Counted from the stretch's first letter, positions 27,501-38,660 are shown. The stretch: DNA of 64,000 nt from Antedon mediterranea (GCF_964355755.1 NC_092680.1:5208001-5272000), one strand, 5' to 3'. Translations and numbers: made by a program. The notes: generated by a model from the sequence alone, not told the origin.

Positions 27501-30500
27501 TCGTCCTGAAATCATATATGCAGCAAATACTTACTTGATTTTACCAAGTGACTAAGAGTATCAAGGGCATGTCTGTAAGATATAAATTATATTTCATGTC
27601 AATAAATAAATGTCTAAATACACTTCATGTCTCAAAAAAAAATGTTACTCTATCACATTACTGATACTGGGTCATATTTCTTAAAATATTACCCAGGGTT
27701 GCTTCACTGTTGCCAAAAGGTATAAATACGAATATATTATTTGGTATACATACATTTCATGACATGACAAAGCTCTGTCTACACTATCGAATTAGTTTGA
27801 AAAAAAATGTGATGTGCCGAAATGTGGTAGTGATATGATGTCATCGTGTCAATATATGGGCACATCACATTTTATTGTCGCATAAAGTTTGATAGTGTAG
27901 ATAGACAGAGCTTTATACATACTTCATAATATGATGTTGTTTTCTATTGCAGATGGTGATTATTTTCAACATAGTAGTGACAGCTCCTGACTTGCCAAGG
28001 TGTGAACAATTTACAGCTGCAAAAAATAAAATAACAATAATCCATAATCATATTCATCTTTAATAATGTACAATATAAAAAGCATTAATGACAATGTATA
28101 AATGACAATAACGAAAGTGATGGGGTTAATAATGATAACGATGCTACATTTCAGCCCCTGTCATTGAGTGCTGTTTGGTGGAATCTGTACAACATGAAGG
28201 AAGAAGAAAGTTGTTTATTGTGTCATCCACACCTGTGTGCAATTCAGGCCAGTAGGCTGCAAGCCGAAGATTATCCTTGGCAATATGGATAAATAGAATA
28301 GATAATGCTGATGAGAGTGAATATGATTATAAAGATGAGAGAGTGATGATGATGATAATGATGATGATAATGACATGTGCTTACCATTAGTGGTATATAC
28401 TTTGAGCACCAGTAAACAAGGTAGAAGTATTGAGAATGAGCTGGTGTGAGTTCTGACAATCCCCAAGGTGATGGATAAAGCTCCTGATAGTCTTGCTTTC
28501 ACACCAAACTTACGATCTAAAAACAGAACAGTCACAGTAAATGGAAAGCAACAATTATATAAATACTGTTTACAAAAACATAAAAAGAAAACATTTAACA
28601 AGTTTTTTGTACATCAAAGTTTTCGAAGTTTCTGAAGGTCACTACATTTCGTTAGCGTAAGGCCGAGATCCCTCCATAGCATTCCGAGAAGATTGGTTTT
28701 GTGATGACATTATAGACTGTTAATTAACTAAATTTAGTACTATTTTCAATGATAGAGAACTTAATGTGATGTTAGAGAGCTTTTGAATTACTACGACCTA
28801 GTACTTATGCATTTTGTGAGTTGGTTGGTAAGCTAGGCCTAGAATCAACCAAATTGATATCAAGGAATCAACAAGAGGAGGCACATCCCAATGTACCCAT
28901 ATGTGCACAAGTAACATGAAGTAGCTAGTTCTTAGATCATTGAAAATTGAAAGCTCCCGAATATTGTGGTATCATAGATTTGATCTCTTCCACATACCTT
29001 TTTCTTTACTATTATTAGGTTAAATAAAAAATTAAATAAAAACTTTTACCTTTTGGACCAATCTTTGCAAGGACTTGATGGAGTATCTTCATCAATTCAT
29101 CGTTTACTGGTTGTTGCTGGAATGTAGAACTGAGCATGCCCAGTAGGATCTGTGTTGCACCATGGGATACCAAGAGTGAAGCTCTTTTCCCAGAATGCAA
29201 GAGTTCCAGAAAACATTGCACAATATTTATGGACACGTGAGTGTCCTTTGAACTCTGAAATCAATAAAAAATAGCATAAAAGTTTTAAATTAAAACATGA
29301 TCATTATTTGGAAGTAAATATCAACTTTCCTTGACTTCAAAGCTACCTACACTATCAAACTTTATGTGAAAAAAAATGTGATGTGCTCATATATGGACAT
29401 GATGATGTCATATCACTACCATATTTGGGCATATCACTACCATATTTGGGCATATCACTACCATATTTTGGCATTCACTACCATATTTTTGTCAAACTAG
29501 TTTGATAGTGTATACAGAGCTTAAGTAAAAAAATCGTGGGTGATTTGTGACTGTTCTTAACATTACTTTGGAGAGAGTCACTTCTATGAACAAATTCTAG
29601 AGTAAAAAATAATATATACAATTGTCTCCAATTTGTAAACATAAAATAAAATACCTCTAAAGTTGCTAAAAGTATATGTAAACCATTTGTGGTCTTGGAC
29701 ACAACATCCTTTCTCACTTTTTCTGAAAGGAAAACATAAAGCAAAAGTTATTTTTACAAATAAAGTATGTACAGTCAACTCTCCCTTTGGGCCGGCCAAA
29801 TAAGTCTGGTTTTCCGGAAAGTCTGGTATTCGGAATGTGTTTTTAATGGTAAAAATAAATTTGGGACCTTTTGGTCCTCAAAAAAAGTCTGGTATTGGGA
29901 GAGTTTCTGGTTTTCAGAGAGTCCGGTATTGGGAGAGTTGACTGTAATATATATTGGGTATATTATAATCATAGCACAAATCTTAACCTTATAGATTCGG
30001 CACATAGCCTTAAGTTTCGCAAACTCAATACACAATTAGGTTTTTGGCCATTTTCAACCTGTGTCTCTTTTGATAATTGGCATACAGCCTTTATGTACGA
30101 TACGATACGATAAAACTTTATTGTCACAACGGCAAAAATATACAGTTATGAGATATGGTTCCTTAGGTACACTCGAGTTAGTATGAATACAACATAAATT
30201 ACAAGACTAAAATAAATAATAAACAGAGAAATGTAACAGAAACATGAGTAATAAGCGGACTAGCGTTTGAAATCTCTATTATACAACCTGATAGCTGATG
30301 GAATATATGTGTTTATAGACTGTTTGTTTTGACTTTGGGGTGTTCAATATATCACAAGTACATAATATAATTCAGTGAGAGGCTTTAACTAGCGAATAGT
30401 AGACATACTATTTCACTGTTTTCAGGCACCGGAAATTTCCCATCATATTTCCTATCCCATCACCTCACCTTGATCTCTTATGAGAGCTTGTAGCCGTGAT

Positions 30501-33500
30501 GTCAGGTAGCGTATTTGTTCAACATCTTCAGAACTTTGTGTATTCAGCTTCTCTAGAGTCTGGAGCATCCCACATGCTCTGGCACTGAAAAAGTTATCAA
30601 TAGTTTTTTTATTAATTATTATATTTTGTTATATAGAATTTAAATTTGTAAAATAGTTAAATCCCCCTTCCCTACGTTTTTTAGATCTAATTTAAGATCA
30701 CAAACTATATTTAATGTAAAAATAATACTATATGGTCCTATTGCGATAACTTTTTTCGTCTTTAAACGGTTAAAAATGTGAAAAATATGTCGATTCTAAT
30801 AATTATAGCGGCCTGCTATAAATCCCAAAATGCATTGCACGCGGATTGATATTTTTGTTTTTCACCTGTAATTCGCCCACTTTTCGATCGATCGTGAGGC
30901 CAAAACAAATGGAAGACTCCTAACTTTTCAGCGAAAATACCGGGTTTTCCCCAATTTGTATCAACGGAGTCTGGCAAAAATAGAAAGACAATTAATGCAG
31001 CAACTATACGTCAGGCTAGGTATATAGCTAGTGTACGATGTTCGTACGTTACCGATGTTTACCAGCTAGGCCTACAAAACTAAGCCTAGCTAGGTTAGGC
31101 CTAAGACCGTCCACGAGAGCTCGATCGCCGCGAGCTACTTTAAATAGGTAGTGCATTGTTTCTCACTTTTTATCATAATTTACCATAAAACGTACATTTA
31201 AGACAAGGAATGACATGGTTTAATGTTTTTAAAGTGATATATGTATTATTTTCCAAAAAACGTCCAAAATTGCCGGGAAGGGGTCTTTAATGTAACCTGA
31301 ATGTTGGTACAATAGAACCCCTTCTTTGTAACACCCGTATTATTAAGGCGACACATTGAAACAACACATGACATGAAAAGTGAGGGCGTGTGGCTCAGCG
31401 TGAGATTGAGGTGCGAATCCAACTCTTGCCGCATTGCTTGTATCCTTAGGCAAGACACTTTACTTATATTTGCTTTTTCTCCGCTCAGGTGTACAAATGG
31501 GTACCCGGTTTAGATCAAGACACAACTTTGCACTGATTATATGGGAGAATGTTTCCATACGCGTTTGATCCCAAATGACTGGGGTAATAATGTTCACAAC
31601 ATCAAGCGCTATATAAATCCAGGATGTATTATATTATATCTAGGATATTATGACACAATGAAATGAATGAGGGGCAATGAAATGAATGATGGGGCAATAA
31701 AAATGTCACTACGGCCAATGCCTATTCATGGGACACCCCTATTAAAGGGACACTTTGTTGGGTCCTCAGTGTGTCCCCTTAATAGCGTTCTATTTGTATT
31801 CAAATAAAAGAATCAGTTTATTATCAACCTTTCCTTTTGCTTTATGTAAACAATATATGAGTAGTTAATTAAAACCAACAGAAGATAATTTCAGACATTT
31901 TGCATGTTAATGTTAGTTGTTACTGTCTAGAATGGAAAGTTGAAATATCAAACTAATAATAATATGCACTAGGCCTACATGTCAGAATGTCTTGATTGTG
32001 CAGGCTTATGCCAATACACAAAAACATACATAATAGGAATACATACATAATGATTGGCTGCACTATATGTGAATTGCTGTAATAATCACATTATTATAAC
32101 ACAAGAATGTACATACTTAATGTCTAGTAGTACTATTGAACAAAATACAACTCAAGAAAATTAGACAAAAGATAGTAATTCTAAAAATAGATATTACTGT
32201 ATGATCAAGCCATAACATTAAAGCAGGGAGATGTCATCTCCTTCAAAGAAGTAGAACGCAATTTGAATCAACATTGCTTTTCCCTTTTTTCTTTACATTT
32301 TTAAAATTCATACCAAAGAAATTCTAAATAAAAAGTGTAACTTCTCCATACTAAACTCAAGAGTAAAAGACTCAAATATCTTTTCAATAAAACAAATAAT
32401 CTTCTAATTCTTAAAGAAATATAAAACATACTCAAACCCTGCAACTCTTTCAAAAACCTTCAGTAAAAGTCCTTTCTTTTTCACAACTTTTTTCAATTTT
32501 CTACGACGGCGCCGAACAGTTTTCAGCGGCTTAGTTCGATCCATATTATATCCAACTAGGTAACAGGAAGCATCCAAATTTATACACAATATTAAATGGA
32601 ATAATCTAAGGGCCTGACTATTTCTGCTGCATAAAAAAAAACCGGATAAAATCGGTGTGAATAAATTAACTCTATTTTCTTGGGAGCAGAAACAGGACAA
32701 ATTTGTGGTAACCGGTTAAAAGGCAGCGCAAAATAACTGGTTAAAAACACCCATTCAATTCGGTGTTAGAACGCTGTAAGCCTAGTCTAGTAACCAACAA
32801 CTGTTCTTGAATAAACGTTTACAGGTTTCAAAGCTCGTATATCAGTAGAAGAACAATGTAACTGTAAATGAAACCTATTTCCTCTATCGTTGATTTGTAA
32901 ACACTATTCTAACTAAACAAGATAAATACTTTGGTTGCCATGCATTGATTGTGTTACTAGGATGACATCTTCATTAACTGTAGATTAGCATCATTTCACC
33001 ATTAATAGGATTTTAATGAATTTTCAATGAATCAGTTTACATAGTTACCCCTATCAATTTTTTTCTTAGGAGCTACTTAATATGTTTCTTTTTACTATTA
33101 ATATTATTATTTTCATTATAATTTCTCTTATTAACTTTTTCCTCTCTCTCATACAAAATGTCCTTACAATACAAAAAAGGGCAACTACAGTAACAAAAAG
33201 CACATTTTGTTGTCCTTGAGTATGGCTCAATTGGCATGTCTATTGTTAGTTTTAACAATACCACCATTGGGTAATCATCAGGAATAGTCCTGAACAGGGA
33301 GATGAGCGCCCCTGCCCACCAATGAGTTTCGGGATCCCGTCAGGGTCCCTACCAAGGGTTACAGGTCCCAGGTTTTTAGTTGTTTTTAAAATTAATTAGT
33401 GTTCCATGACCTTCTCATCAAAATTAACGTATCTCGTTGTTGTACTATGTCAACATAATGTCAATGACGGCGAAATGTCCCCAATAATGAGGATAGCCAT

Positions 33501-35639
33501 GCAAACAAGTAATAAGTAAGTAACCATACATTTCACATACTTATTTTGAAACTAGTAAGAGATCATGTCAAAATTACTGAAACAATGTATGCAATGGTAT
33601 GATATAAAAAATACATTAGTTAGTCAAAATTCTTCTTCGATACAAATTTTTCTTTAAAAAACTCTAGCTAACCTAAATAATTGCATAAATGGGTTTAAAT
33701 TAAAGTAAACAACTGCAATACAAACAAATTGACATGATTATCCAATTCATTGTTATGAATGTGCATTTATTTTACTATAACAGATCAATAGTACATTATC
33801 ATTTGTCTTGTAATGAGATGGATACAATACAGGATTAAGGAACAAATAGAATGTTTACCTATACTAGGTCAGTTAAATATTGATTATTTACAAACCACAG
33901 TTTAGTACACTGACAGACAAACTTACAAAATCTACAGTATGCTAACTGAGCAATGAAAGAAATGCAATATCTATTTTAAGCCCTGTTTCTATTGCCTAAA
34001 GCGTGATTCTCAATAGACGTAGATGCAACGTTACATATTGATGTAAAGTGCCATAGGCTTGAACATAATTTTGGTGCCACAAGTGGGAACCGACGTCGTA
34101 AGGTGTATATTCAACACTGTTTTCTGCTTTGCGTAAATAAAGTACAGCGCAACTGCGATTGTGGCAGGATTTTTTTTCTAGTGAGAACCAATATTAATAA
34201 TGATAATAAATGTATAAATAGATATGTTTTTATTTTCAATTTTAACGATGTTACACAAACTGCAATAGACGTAATGTTTAAAATGCTATGGCAAAGCACT
34301 AAATTACCAGTAACAATTATTTTGCATTGCAGCTGAAAGTTGCACAGTCTAAACAATCAATTGGGCGTTTAAGCATTACTATGAAACACCCTTTAAACGG
34401 TTTTGCTGCCAAGAAATTGGGGGTAATTTATTCACCAGGCCACGTTATTAAACGGTTATTTGCTTGTAGTATAAACCAGCCTTTAGGTTATCAGTTATGA
34501 ATAGCTTTACAAGGATCAATACAGTAGGCTTGGCCAATACTTATTAACGGATTGATTGTTTAATTGGACGAAATTCTAGCATATCTGTCTAGAAGCTGTC
34601 AAGTTGTAACGGTTTGCATACATAATATATGATAGATGTGAAGAAATTATGCATGCTTATTCAAGAATATGGCCAATTCTTTCTATGATACAATTATTCA
34701 AAATTAATAATGTATAAGTAAAGTACACCCTCAGGAATTTGGATTAATTTTACATTTTTATTTTTTCATTTCATTTATTTATTTAATCCACTAGTACTAG
34801 TAGTAGTCAAAGTATTACATCCGCAACAGAGAGCGTTGTAACACATGTCTGCCTCTTGTCAGTGGTGTAACGGCTATGAGTGCTCACTGGCTAAACCCAG
34901 GGGTCCCTGAGCTTATGGGGCCCCTGAGCAGTGCCCAGAGGAAAAAACAGGCATTCAAATACCGTATGTCGAAAAAGACTAAAAATGCTCGATACCTTGG
35001 AAGGCCACTTAGGGTTCCTAAACCAGGGGTCGAAGGTCTCTACGTAATACGCCACTGCCCCCTGTAACATACAACAACATAAAAAGGATAATACCCTACA
35101 ATAAAAGTCAACAACAACTTAAATAAAAGGGAAACAAAATATTAAAGTGATACGTGGATGGGTATAGACCAAATAATTAAATTATTTGTCAAGGGCTTTA
35201 TGTTACAAAAAGAATGGACATACAGTATTTGTTTTGTACCTAAATTTAGGTCAAATTGTAGTATATTTATGTCACACACACAAAGTCCTGTATTCCACAT
35301 ACTGTACACTATGTAGTATAAACTGTCCAATCAAAAACCAAACTTGCCCTTTAAATTTATGTTAATGTACAATATTACAATACATTTTATAGACTTCTTT
35401 ATTTACTGTAATAAAAAATATTTGTGAATAAAACCCTACACAATTCGTAAAAATAAAATGAAACACACACATCTAATTTATCATCAAATAAAATTATCAT
35501 TCTTTGAACGTGGATTGTTCCAAATTACGTTGGCTTTCACTCAGAAGACCAAAAATATTGTATTTCAATCATAAAAAAGGTAGAAATAAATTATAATATT
35601 TTATAAATATAAAGAATGTTACCTTGTTGCAGACATCAT
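12357..35639 (-). CDS. AGTPBP1: Cytosolic carboxypeptidase 1 (AGTPBP1/CCP1/Nna1; M14 zinc carboxypeptidase, tubulin deglutamylase), about 1214 aa from 24 core coding exons
   Basis: Phase-consistent exons in transcript order: 35623-35639, 30469-30584, 29655-29722, 29050-29254, 28385-28516, 27923-28016, 27535-27572, 27269-27415, 26711-26785, 26178-26342, 25722-25798, 22958-23056, 21549-22243, 20741-20875, 20392-20467, 19426-19582, 18759-18991, 18174-18330, 15546-15726, 14908-15037, 14401-14535, 13643-13819, 13113-13267, 12357-12537 (3645 nt in total). Motifs FECGNL, QWFYF, YPYTY, ARVHPGE, NPDG, DLNR, DFHGH, YTME and an N-terminal ARM-like region. May be the pro-ortholog of vertebrate AGTPBP1 and AGBL1. 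Confidence 0.92.
13113..13267 (-). CDS. AGTPBP1: AGTPBP1 exon
   Basis: [25 protein letters not shown]..., 155 nt, phase 0/2. Confidence 0.9.
13643..13819 (-). CDS. AGTPBP1: AGTPBP1 exon with catalytic Glu (SYTME)
   Basis: [13 protein letters not shown]...[34 protein letters not shown]. Confidence 0.93.
14401..14535 (-). CDS. AGTPBP1: AGTPBP1 exon with zinc-ligand His (DFHGH)
   Basis: [19 protein letters not shown]..., 135 nt. Confidence 0.93.
14696..14895. mobile_element. hAT-like MITE family B
   Basis: cagtggtgtaac ... attatgccactg; degenerate 8-bp TSD (cagaatac/ctgagtac); homologous to 34860-35057 and 51720-51877. Confidence 0.7.
14908..15037 (-). CDS. AGTPBP1: AGTPBP1 exon (DLNR)
   Basis: [32 protein letters not shown]; AAG-type acceptor. 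Confidence 0.92.
15546..15726 (-). CDS. AGTPBP1: AGTPBP1 exon (HPGE zinc motif, NPDG)
   Basis: [24 protein letters not shown]...[13 protein letters not shown]. Confidence 0.95.
17410..17675 (-). mobile_element. Probable SINE remnant (second family)
   Basis: Simple-repeat tail (gattgaattg), tttatagtccttatgcgagaagact core and B-box-like ctcgaacc. Confidence 0.45.
17827..18110. repeat. ~137-bp tandem duplication in an AGTPBP1 intron
   Basis: aaatctgtatgta...aaagttccattcctgagggaagtt...tgcatgtgga present twice. Confidence 0.8.
18174..18330 (-). CDS. AGTPBP1: AGTPBP1 exon
   Basis: AHLWKLE...[19 protein letters not shown]...QQF. Confidence 0.9.
18428..18803 (-). repeat. Six-copy 63-68 bp tandem array made of an AGTPBP1 exon 3' end plus its donor site
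   Basis: Units start at 18428, 18492, 18560, 18627, 18694 and 18757; the last copy is the real exon end. Confidence 0.95.
18759..18991 (-). CDS. AGTPBP1: AGTPBP1 exon (YPYTY)
   Basis: GMQPVMYS...ICYYRNHF...[15 protein letters not shown] |gtatgt. Confidence 0.93.
19426..19582 (-). CDS. AGTPBP1: AGTPBP1 exon (QWFYF)
   Basis: [30 protein letters not shown]...SQFNY. Confidence 0.93.
19825..20224 (+). mobile_element. 5'-truncated non-LTR retrotransposon 3' end, inserted within a ggggacac-type MITE (about 19649-20262)
   Basis: ORF YCAALW...[25 protein letters not shown] resembles the C-terminal region of LINE ORF2; followed by aataaa and a (gaatt)n tail. Confidence 0.7.
20392..20467 (-). CDS. 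AGTPBP1: AGTPBP1 exon (FECGNL)
   Basis: [25 protein letters not shown] |gtaagt; upstream boundary slightly less certain. Confidence 0.85.
20741..20875 (-). CDS. AGTPBP1: AGTPBP1 exon
   Basis: [25 protein letters not shown]... Confidence 0.9.
21549..22243 (-). CDS. AGTPBP1: AGTPBP1 large exon (low-complexity linker ending in the FPDIHGH region)
   Basis: 695-nt open frame; ...[19 protein letters not shown]... |gtaagt. Confidence 0.85.
22958..23056 (-). CDS. AGTPBP1: AGTPBP1 exon
   Basis: [33 protein letters not shown], 99 nt, phase 0/0. Confidence 0.85.
23560..23712. mobile_element. MITE family A copy (one end missing; internal 20-bp tandem subrepeats)
   Basis: agctctgtctacactatcaaact..., aatatggtagtgatat x3. 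Confidence 0.75.
24021..24186. mobile_element. MITE family A copy (diverged)
   Basis: Degenerate TIRs, gggcacatcacatttttt core. Confidence 0.7.
24394..24492 (-). CDS. AGTPBP1: AGTPBP1 probable additional or cassette exon
   Basis: ctacag| [33 protein letters not shown] |gtatgc; 99 nt, open, phase 0/0 inside a phase-0 intron. Confidence 0.55.
25722..25798 (-). CDS. AGTPBP1: AGTPBP1 exon (acidic)
   Basis: [25 protein letters not shown] |gtatgt. Confidence 0.82.
26178..26342 (-). CDS. AGTPBP1: AGTPBP1 exon
   Basis: ...[27 protein letters not shown]... Confidence 0.88.
26711..26785 (-). CDS. AGTPBP1: AGTPBP1 exon
   Basis: [24 protein letters not shown]. Confidence 0.88.
27269..27415 (-). CDS. 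AGTPBP1: AGTPBP1 exon
   Basis: [11 protein letters not shown]...[26 protein letters not shown]. Confidence 0.9.
27535..27572 (-). CDS. AGTPBP1: AGTPBP1 38-nt exon
   Basis: [12 protein letters not shown], phase 2/1; needed to keep the frame. Confidence 0.82.
27770..27913. mobile_element. MITE family A copy, about 10 nt from an AGTPBP1 donor
   Basis: Both TIRs present. Confidence 0.8.
27923..28016 (-). CDS. AGTPBP1: AGTPBP1 exon
   Basis: [30 protein letters not shown]. Confidence 0.87.
28385..28516 (-). CDS. AGTPBP1: AGTPBP1 exon
   Basis: [22 protein letters not shown]...[14 protein letters not shown]. Confidence 0.9.
29050..29254 (-). CDS. AGTPBP1: AGTPBP1 exon
   Basis: [11 protein letters not shown]...[11 protein letters not shown]...[11 protein letters not shown]. 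Confidence 0.9.
29340..29522. mobile_element. MITE family A copy with four internal ~20-bp subrepeats
   Basis: catatcactaccatatttggg units between the TIRs. Confidence 0.8.
29655..29722 (-). CDS. AGTPBP1: AGTPBP1 exon
   Basis: [22 protein letters not shown]. Confidence 0.87.
29772..29944. mobile_element. Tc1/mariner (pogo-like) MITE
   Basis: ta|cagtcaactctccc ... gggagagttgactg|ta: perfect 14-bp TIR and TA TSD. Confidence 0.85.
30469..30584 (-). CDS. AGTPBP1: AGTPBP1 exon
   Basis: [38 protein letters not shown], phase 2/1. Confidence 0.85.
31384..31640 (+). mobile_element. tRNA-derived SINE
   Basis: A-box-like gtggctcag, B-box-like gtgcgaatcc, ccttaggcaagacactt and caggtgtacaaatgggtacc core, aagcgctatataaat plus (att)n tail; homologous to 36399-36645 and 52835-53135. 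Confidence 0.75.
32432..32626 (-). CDS. AGTPBP1: AGTPBP1 candidate alternative exon encoding a polybasic segment
   Basis: Polypyrimidine tract plus tgcag/cag acceptor, 195-nt open frame including [24 protein letters not shown], donor GA|gtatgt; phase 2/2 matches the host intron. Confidence 0.5.
34860..35057. mobile_element. hAT-like MITE family B copy
   Basis: cagtggtgtaac ... atacgccactg; cctcttgt/ccccctgt flanks. Confidence 0.7.
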
Positions 35640-35694
35640 AGAGCATTGGCATTGATCATTCTACAGAAGCATTCACTTGGCATTTTGGTGGCAA
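35623..35694 (-). CDS. AGTPBP1: AGTPBP1 start-codon exon (CDS 35623-35639, MMSAT)
   Basis: ttttgcag| 72-nt exon, ATG ATG TCT GCA ACA AG|gtaaca, phase 2 fits the next exon; in-frame TAG upstream. Confidence 0.7.
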
Positions 35695-36398
35695 CTGCAA
35701 AATAAGGAATGTATGTTTTAACCGTGTCGTTTCATTATGCATCTAGCGAATGCCCAATGGGAGATGACAGTAAATTATTTATAACACAGTAGAATGGCAA
35801 GAATAGATAAAATCAAAATTAATATGAAGAAATCGATTAAACTTCATTTAAATCAATATTATTAATGTATTATTAATTATCATAAAAAATATTAATGTTT
35901 ATTATATTATAATAAAATATTGATTCCATTATGTACATTGAATTCAAATTTAATTACAGTAGTATTTACATTTATCTATTTGATGATTTTTTTAAATAAA
36001 AAAAAAAACCAAAAACATTGGCTTAAAAAAAAAAGAATTTTATTTATGAAGCACAACAGATGACTGCATTCTTTCATTGTCCGACACGTACATTAATTTA
36101 CCTAAAGCTTTAAATTTAACTTAGGAATGCCGTTAATAACAGAGATGCATTTGATTGTCTACCATGATAATTTGGTTCGTTAAATGGAATTTATTTTTAA
36201 TGGTGGTAAGTTGATCTGCTTAGGTCTAAAAATGTATTTGAGGACAGTAATTAAGTTAGAGATTCAATTAATTTGCGGTACTGTAAGTTTGTGCAAATTG
36301 TAATTTTCACCTAATAGGCCTGCGACAGCTACAGTAAATAACATTGTCGCTGATTTAAAATTTAATTAATAAAACGAATAAGGGTCAACGTTATTCAA

Positions 36399-36645
36399 GA
36401 GGCGTGTAGTGCAATGTTTTGGTCATTGTACTACTGATCGTGTGTTCGAATCCAACACTCATCGCATTGCTTGTATAATGTATTGTATCCTTATGCAAGA
36501 TACTTCACCCTGAGTGTACAAATGGGCACCTGGTAAGGTCATAAACAAAAATTAGCGTACGTGTTAGTTTCCTAAAAATGACTGGCTTGGATAATAATGT
36601 GAGGAGCTTAGAAGCTTTGTGCATTAAGCGCTATATAATATTAAT
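36399..36645 (+). mobile_element. tRNA-derived SINE copy
   Basis: gttcgaatcc B-box, same core and tail as 31384-31640. Confidence 0.7.
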
Positions 36646-38573
36646 AATGATGTATTTCATCGACATTTAGAAGATGAATCTTTGATAGGGTAGTTTAAAG
36701 ATGAAAAGAATGCTGAAAATTGAAAATGAAAAGCATGGTATTGCACAAAATTAAAAAATATTTATTTCAGGTCAAAAACGAATATTGATTGACTTAAAAA
36801 CTGGCCTTTGCATATATTATTATAATTAGCAATAAATTTTGTTACGACTGTGTGAAGTTAATTAATCTATTCTGATCAAAGGAATCTGAAGCAAGGAGTC
36901 TGAGTCATAAATAATTTGACATGAATTATGTTTTCTTGTTTCAACAGCAGGAGCACAAAAATAATATACTTGATTGCGGCAACAACAAGCAAGGTTCATG
37001 ATGTACAGTATTTGCGCCAGATGACATAGGTGATAACACAAGGATAGAACAGAATATTATTTTTTAAATATCTTAATCTTCCATTGCATATTTTCTTATA
37101 TTTTTGATTACTAACTGGTAATTGCTCATACATACTGTACTATACATTTACCCTAGTTACACTTACAGTCAATAAAGGAAACTTAAAAGAAGGTAAATAC
37201 ACCACCAGGAAGACCAACAGAAAACTGGATAAACCAAATAAAAAAGACTTTATCATAATAACAAACCATCCTGCCAAAAAAAGAAAAATATGGAAACAAA
37301 TCGTGGGAAGCGTAGTGTAGGAATGACGGATAACGTTTCAAGAGAGGAGAGGACAGTCCTATACCATTTAATTTTTTTCTTGCGTCTTTTACTGTGTAAC
37401 TTTAACCACCATTAATTACAAAGATATTTGTATAGTACCATCCGAAGGACAGTTGAACTATCAGCAGTTTATAAATATTTAGTCAACTGAGCCAATATTA
37501 GAAAACACTAATTAAACTAGGTGAGAGACTAAAACCACTCAATCATATTTGAATAAAAAGATACAGAAATTGGAATACATTGTAACTATCAAGAAATACA
37601 AAGCATAGAAAATCAAGCAATCATACCAGCAGTAGTAGAAATTGTAAACATTACATTCAGTTAGATTTCAAGAGGAAATATAATGAGTCAGTTAGGATAA
37701 ACAGCAAATGTATAAATGCTAATCAAACATTTTATTTTGAGCATCACCCGTTTATGGCCTCTGAAATATTTTGTAATAAATTGTAATTGTGAATTAGTCA
37801 CACAAATTCATTGTGTAAATACAGAATTTAATATTCATTTAAAAAAAATGTATGTCTCCTTTATAATTATCATGGAATGGACTACTACTACTATACTTTT
37901 TTATTTGAAAATAAATTATGTCTAATAATAGGGTTTCCTAAGTTCAGAGTTTCTTAGAGTGCCTTTCCTCTTTTTTTCTGTACAGTAGAATAATATCATA
38001 CAGTATTTCATTCATTCAAAGGTTACAGTAAATCTTTTTTTTTTATTCAGGTATAATATAAAAAAATGTAAAAAAGCAGACATAAGTCTGACAATATTGT
38101 AGTAAAAAGATTTAAACATCATCATGTACATGATATATGGGCACATTACATTTTTTTCACATACAGTTTGATAGTGTAGACAGAGCTTTAAGAGTGCAGT
38201 ATGGGCTATACAGAGTGGTTTTGCCTTGTTTAACTAATATTTCAAGTACTTCCCTTTACTCACAACACATCAATAGTCTCAGACTATGTGCAAACAAATG
38301 GAACTTTACTTTAATTATTAAAAGTAGTGGCTAAATAGAAGCTCCGACATTGTCCGATATCACTACTATTATTTTGTAAATAGCAACCCCTCCTGAGTCC
38401 TAGTTTCTTGTGAGCAATTTCATATGTCAAATTCTCCTTATTAGTAAAACTTTATTTAGCTAAGCTATTAATTAATTACTGTTAAATTAGAGTTTACAAT
38501 ACTTGCAGCCCTAATCTACCTACCTAGCCTAGTACTATAGTAGTAGGGCCTTCCATTTCTACCTTGAATTTAC

Positions 38574-38660
38574 CTTGAATCTTCGAGACTTAGAGAACAG
38601 TGCTCATTTGTCCCTCAACTCAAACATTACAGCATCCTCTTCCAACTTATACGGGCAGAA
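38574..38660 (-). other. AGTPBP1: Candidate non-coding 5' UTR exon of AGTPBP1 (tandem donors)
   Basis: Two adjacent minus-strand donors, caag|gtaaat (38572-73) and caag|gtagaa (38561-62); upstream boundary uncertain. Confidence 0.35.

Noticed and set aside
28271-28459. His-rich ORF
   Set aside because: Arises from a (CAT)n microsatellite in an intron plus an off-frame exon.
31384-31460. tRNA gene
   Set aside because: The A/B-box-like words belong to a SINE head; no complete cloverleaf.
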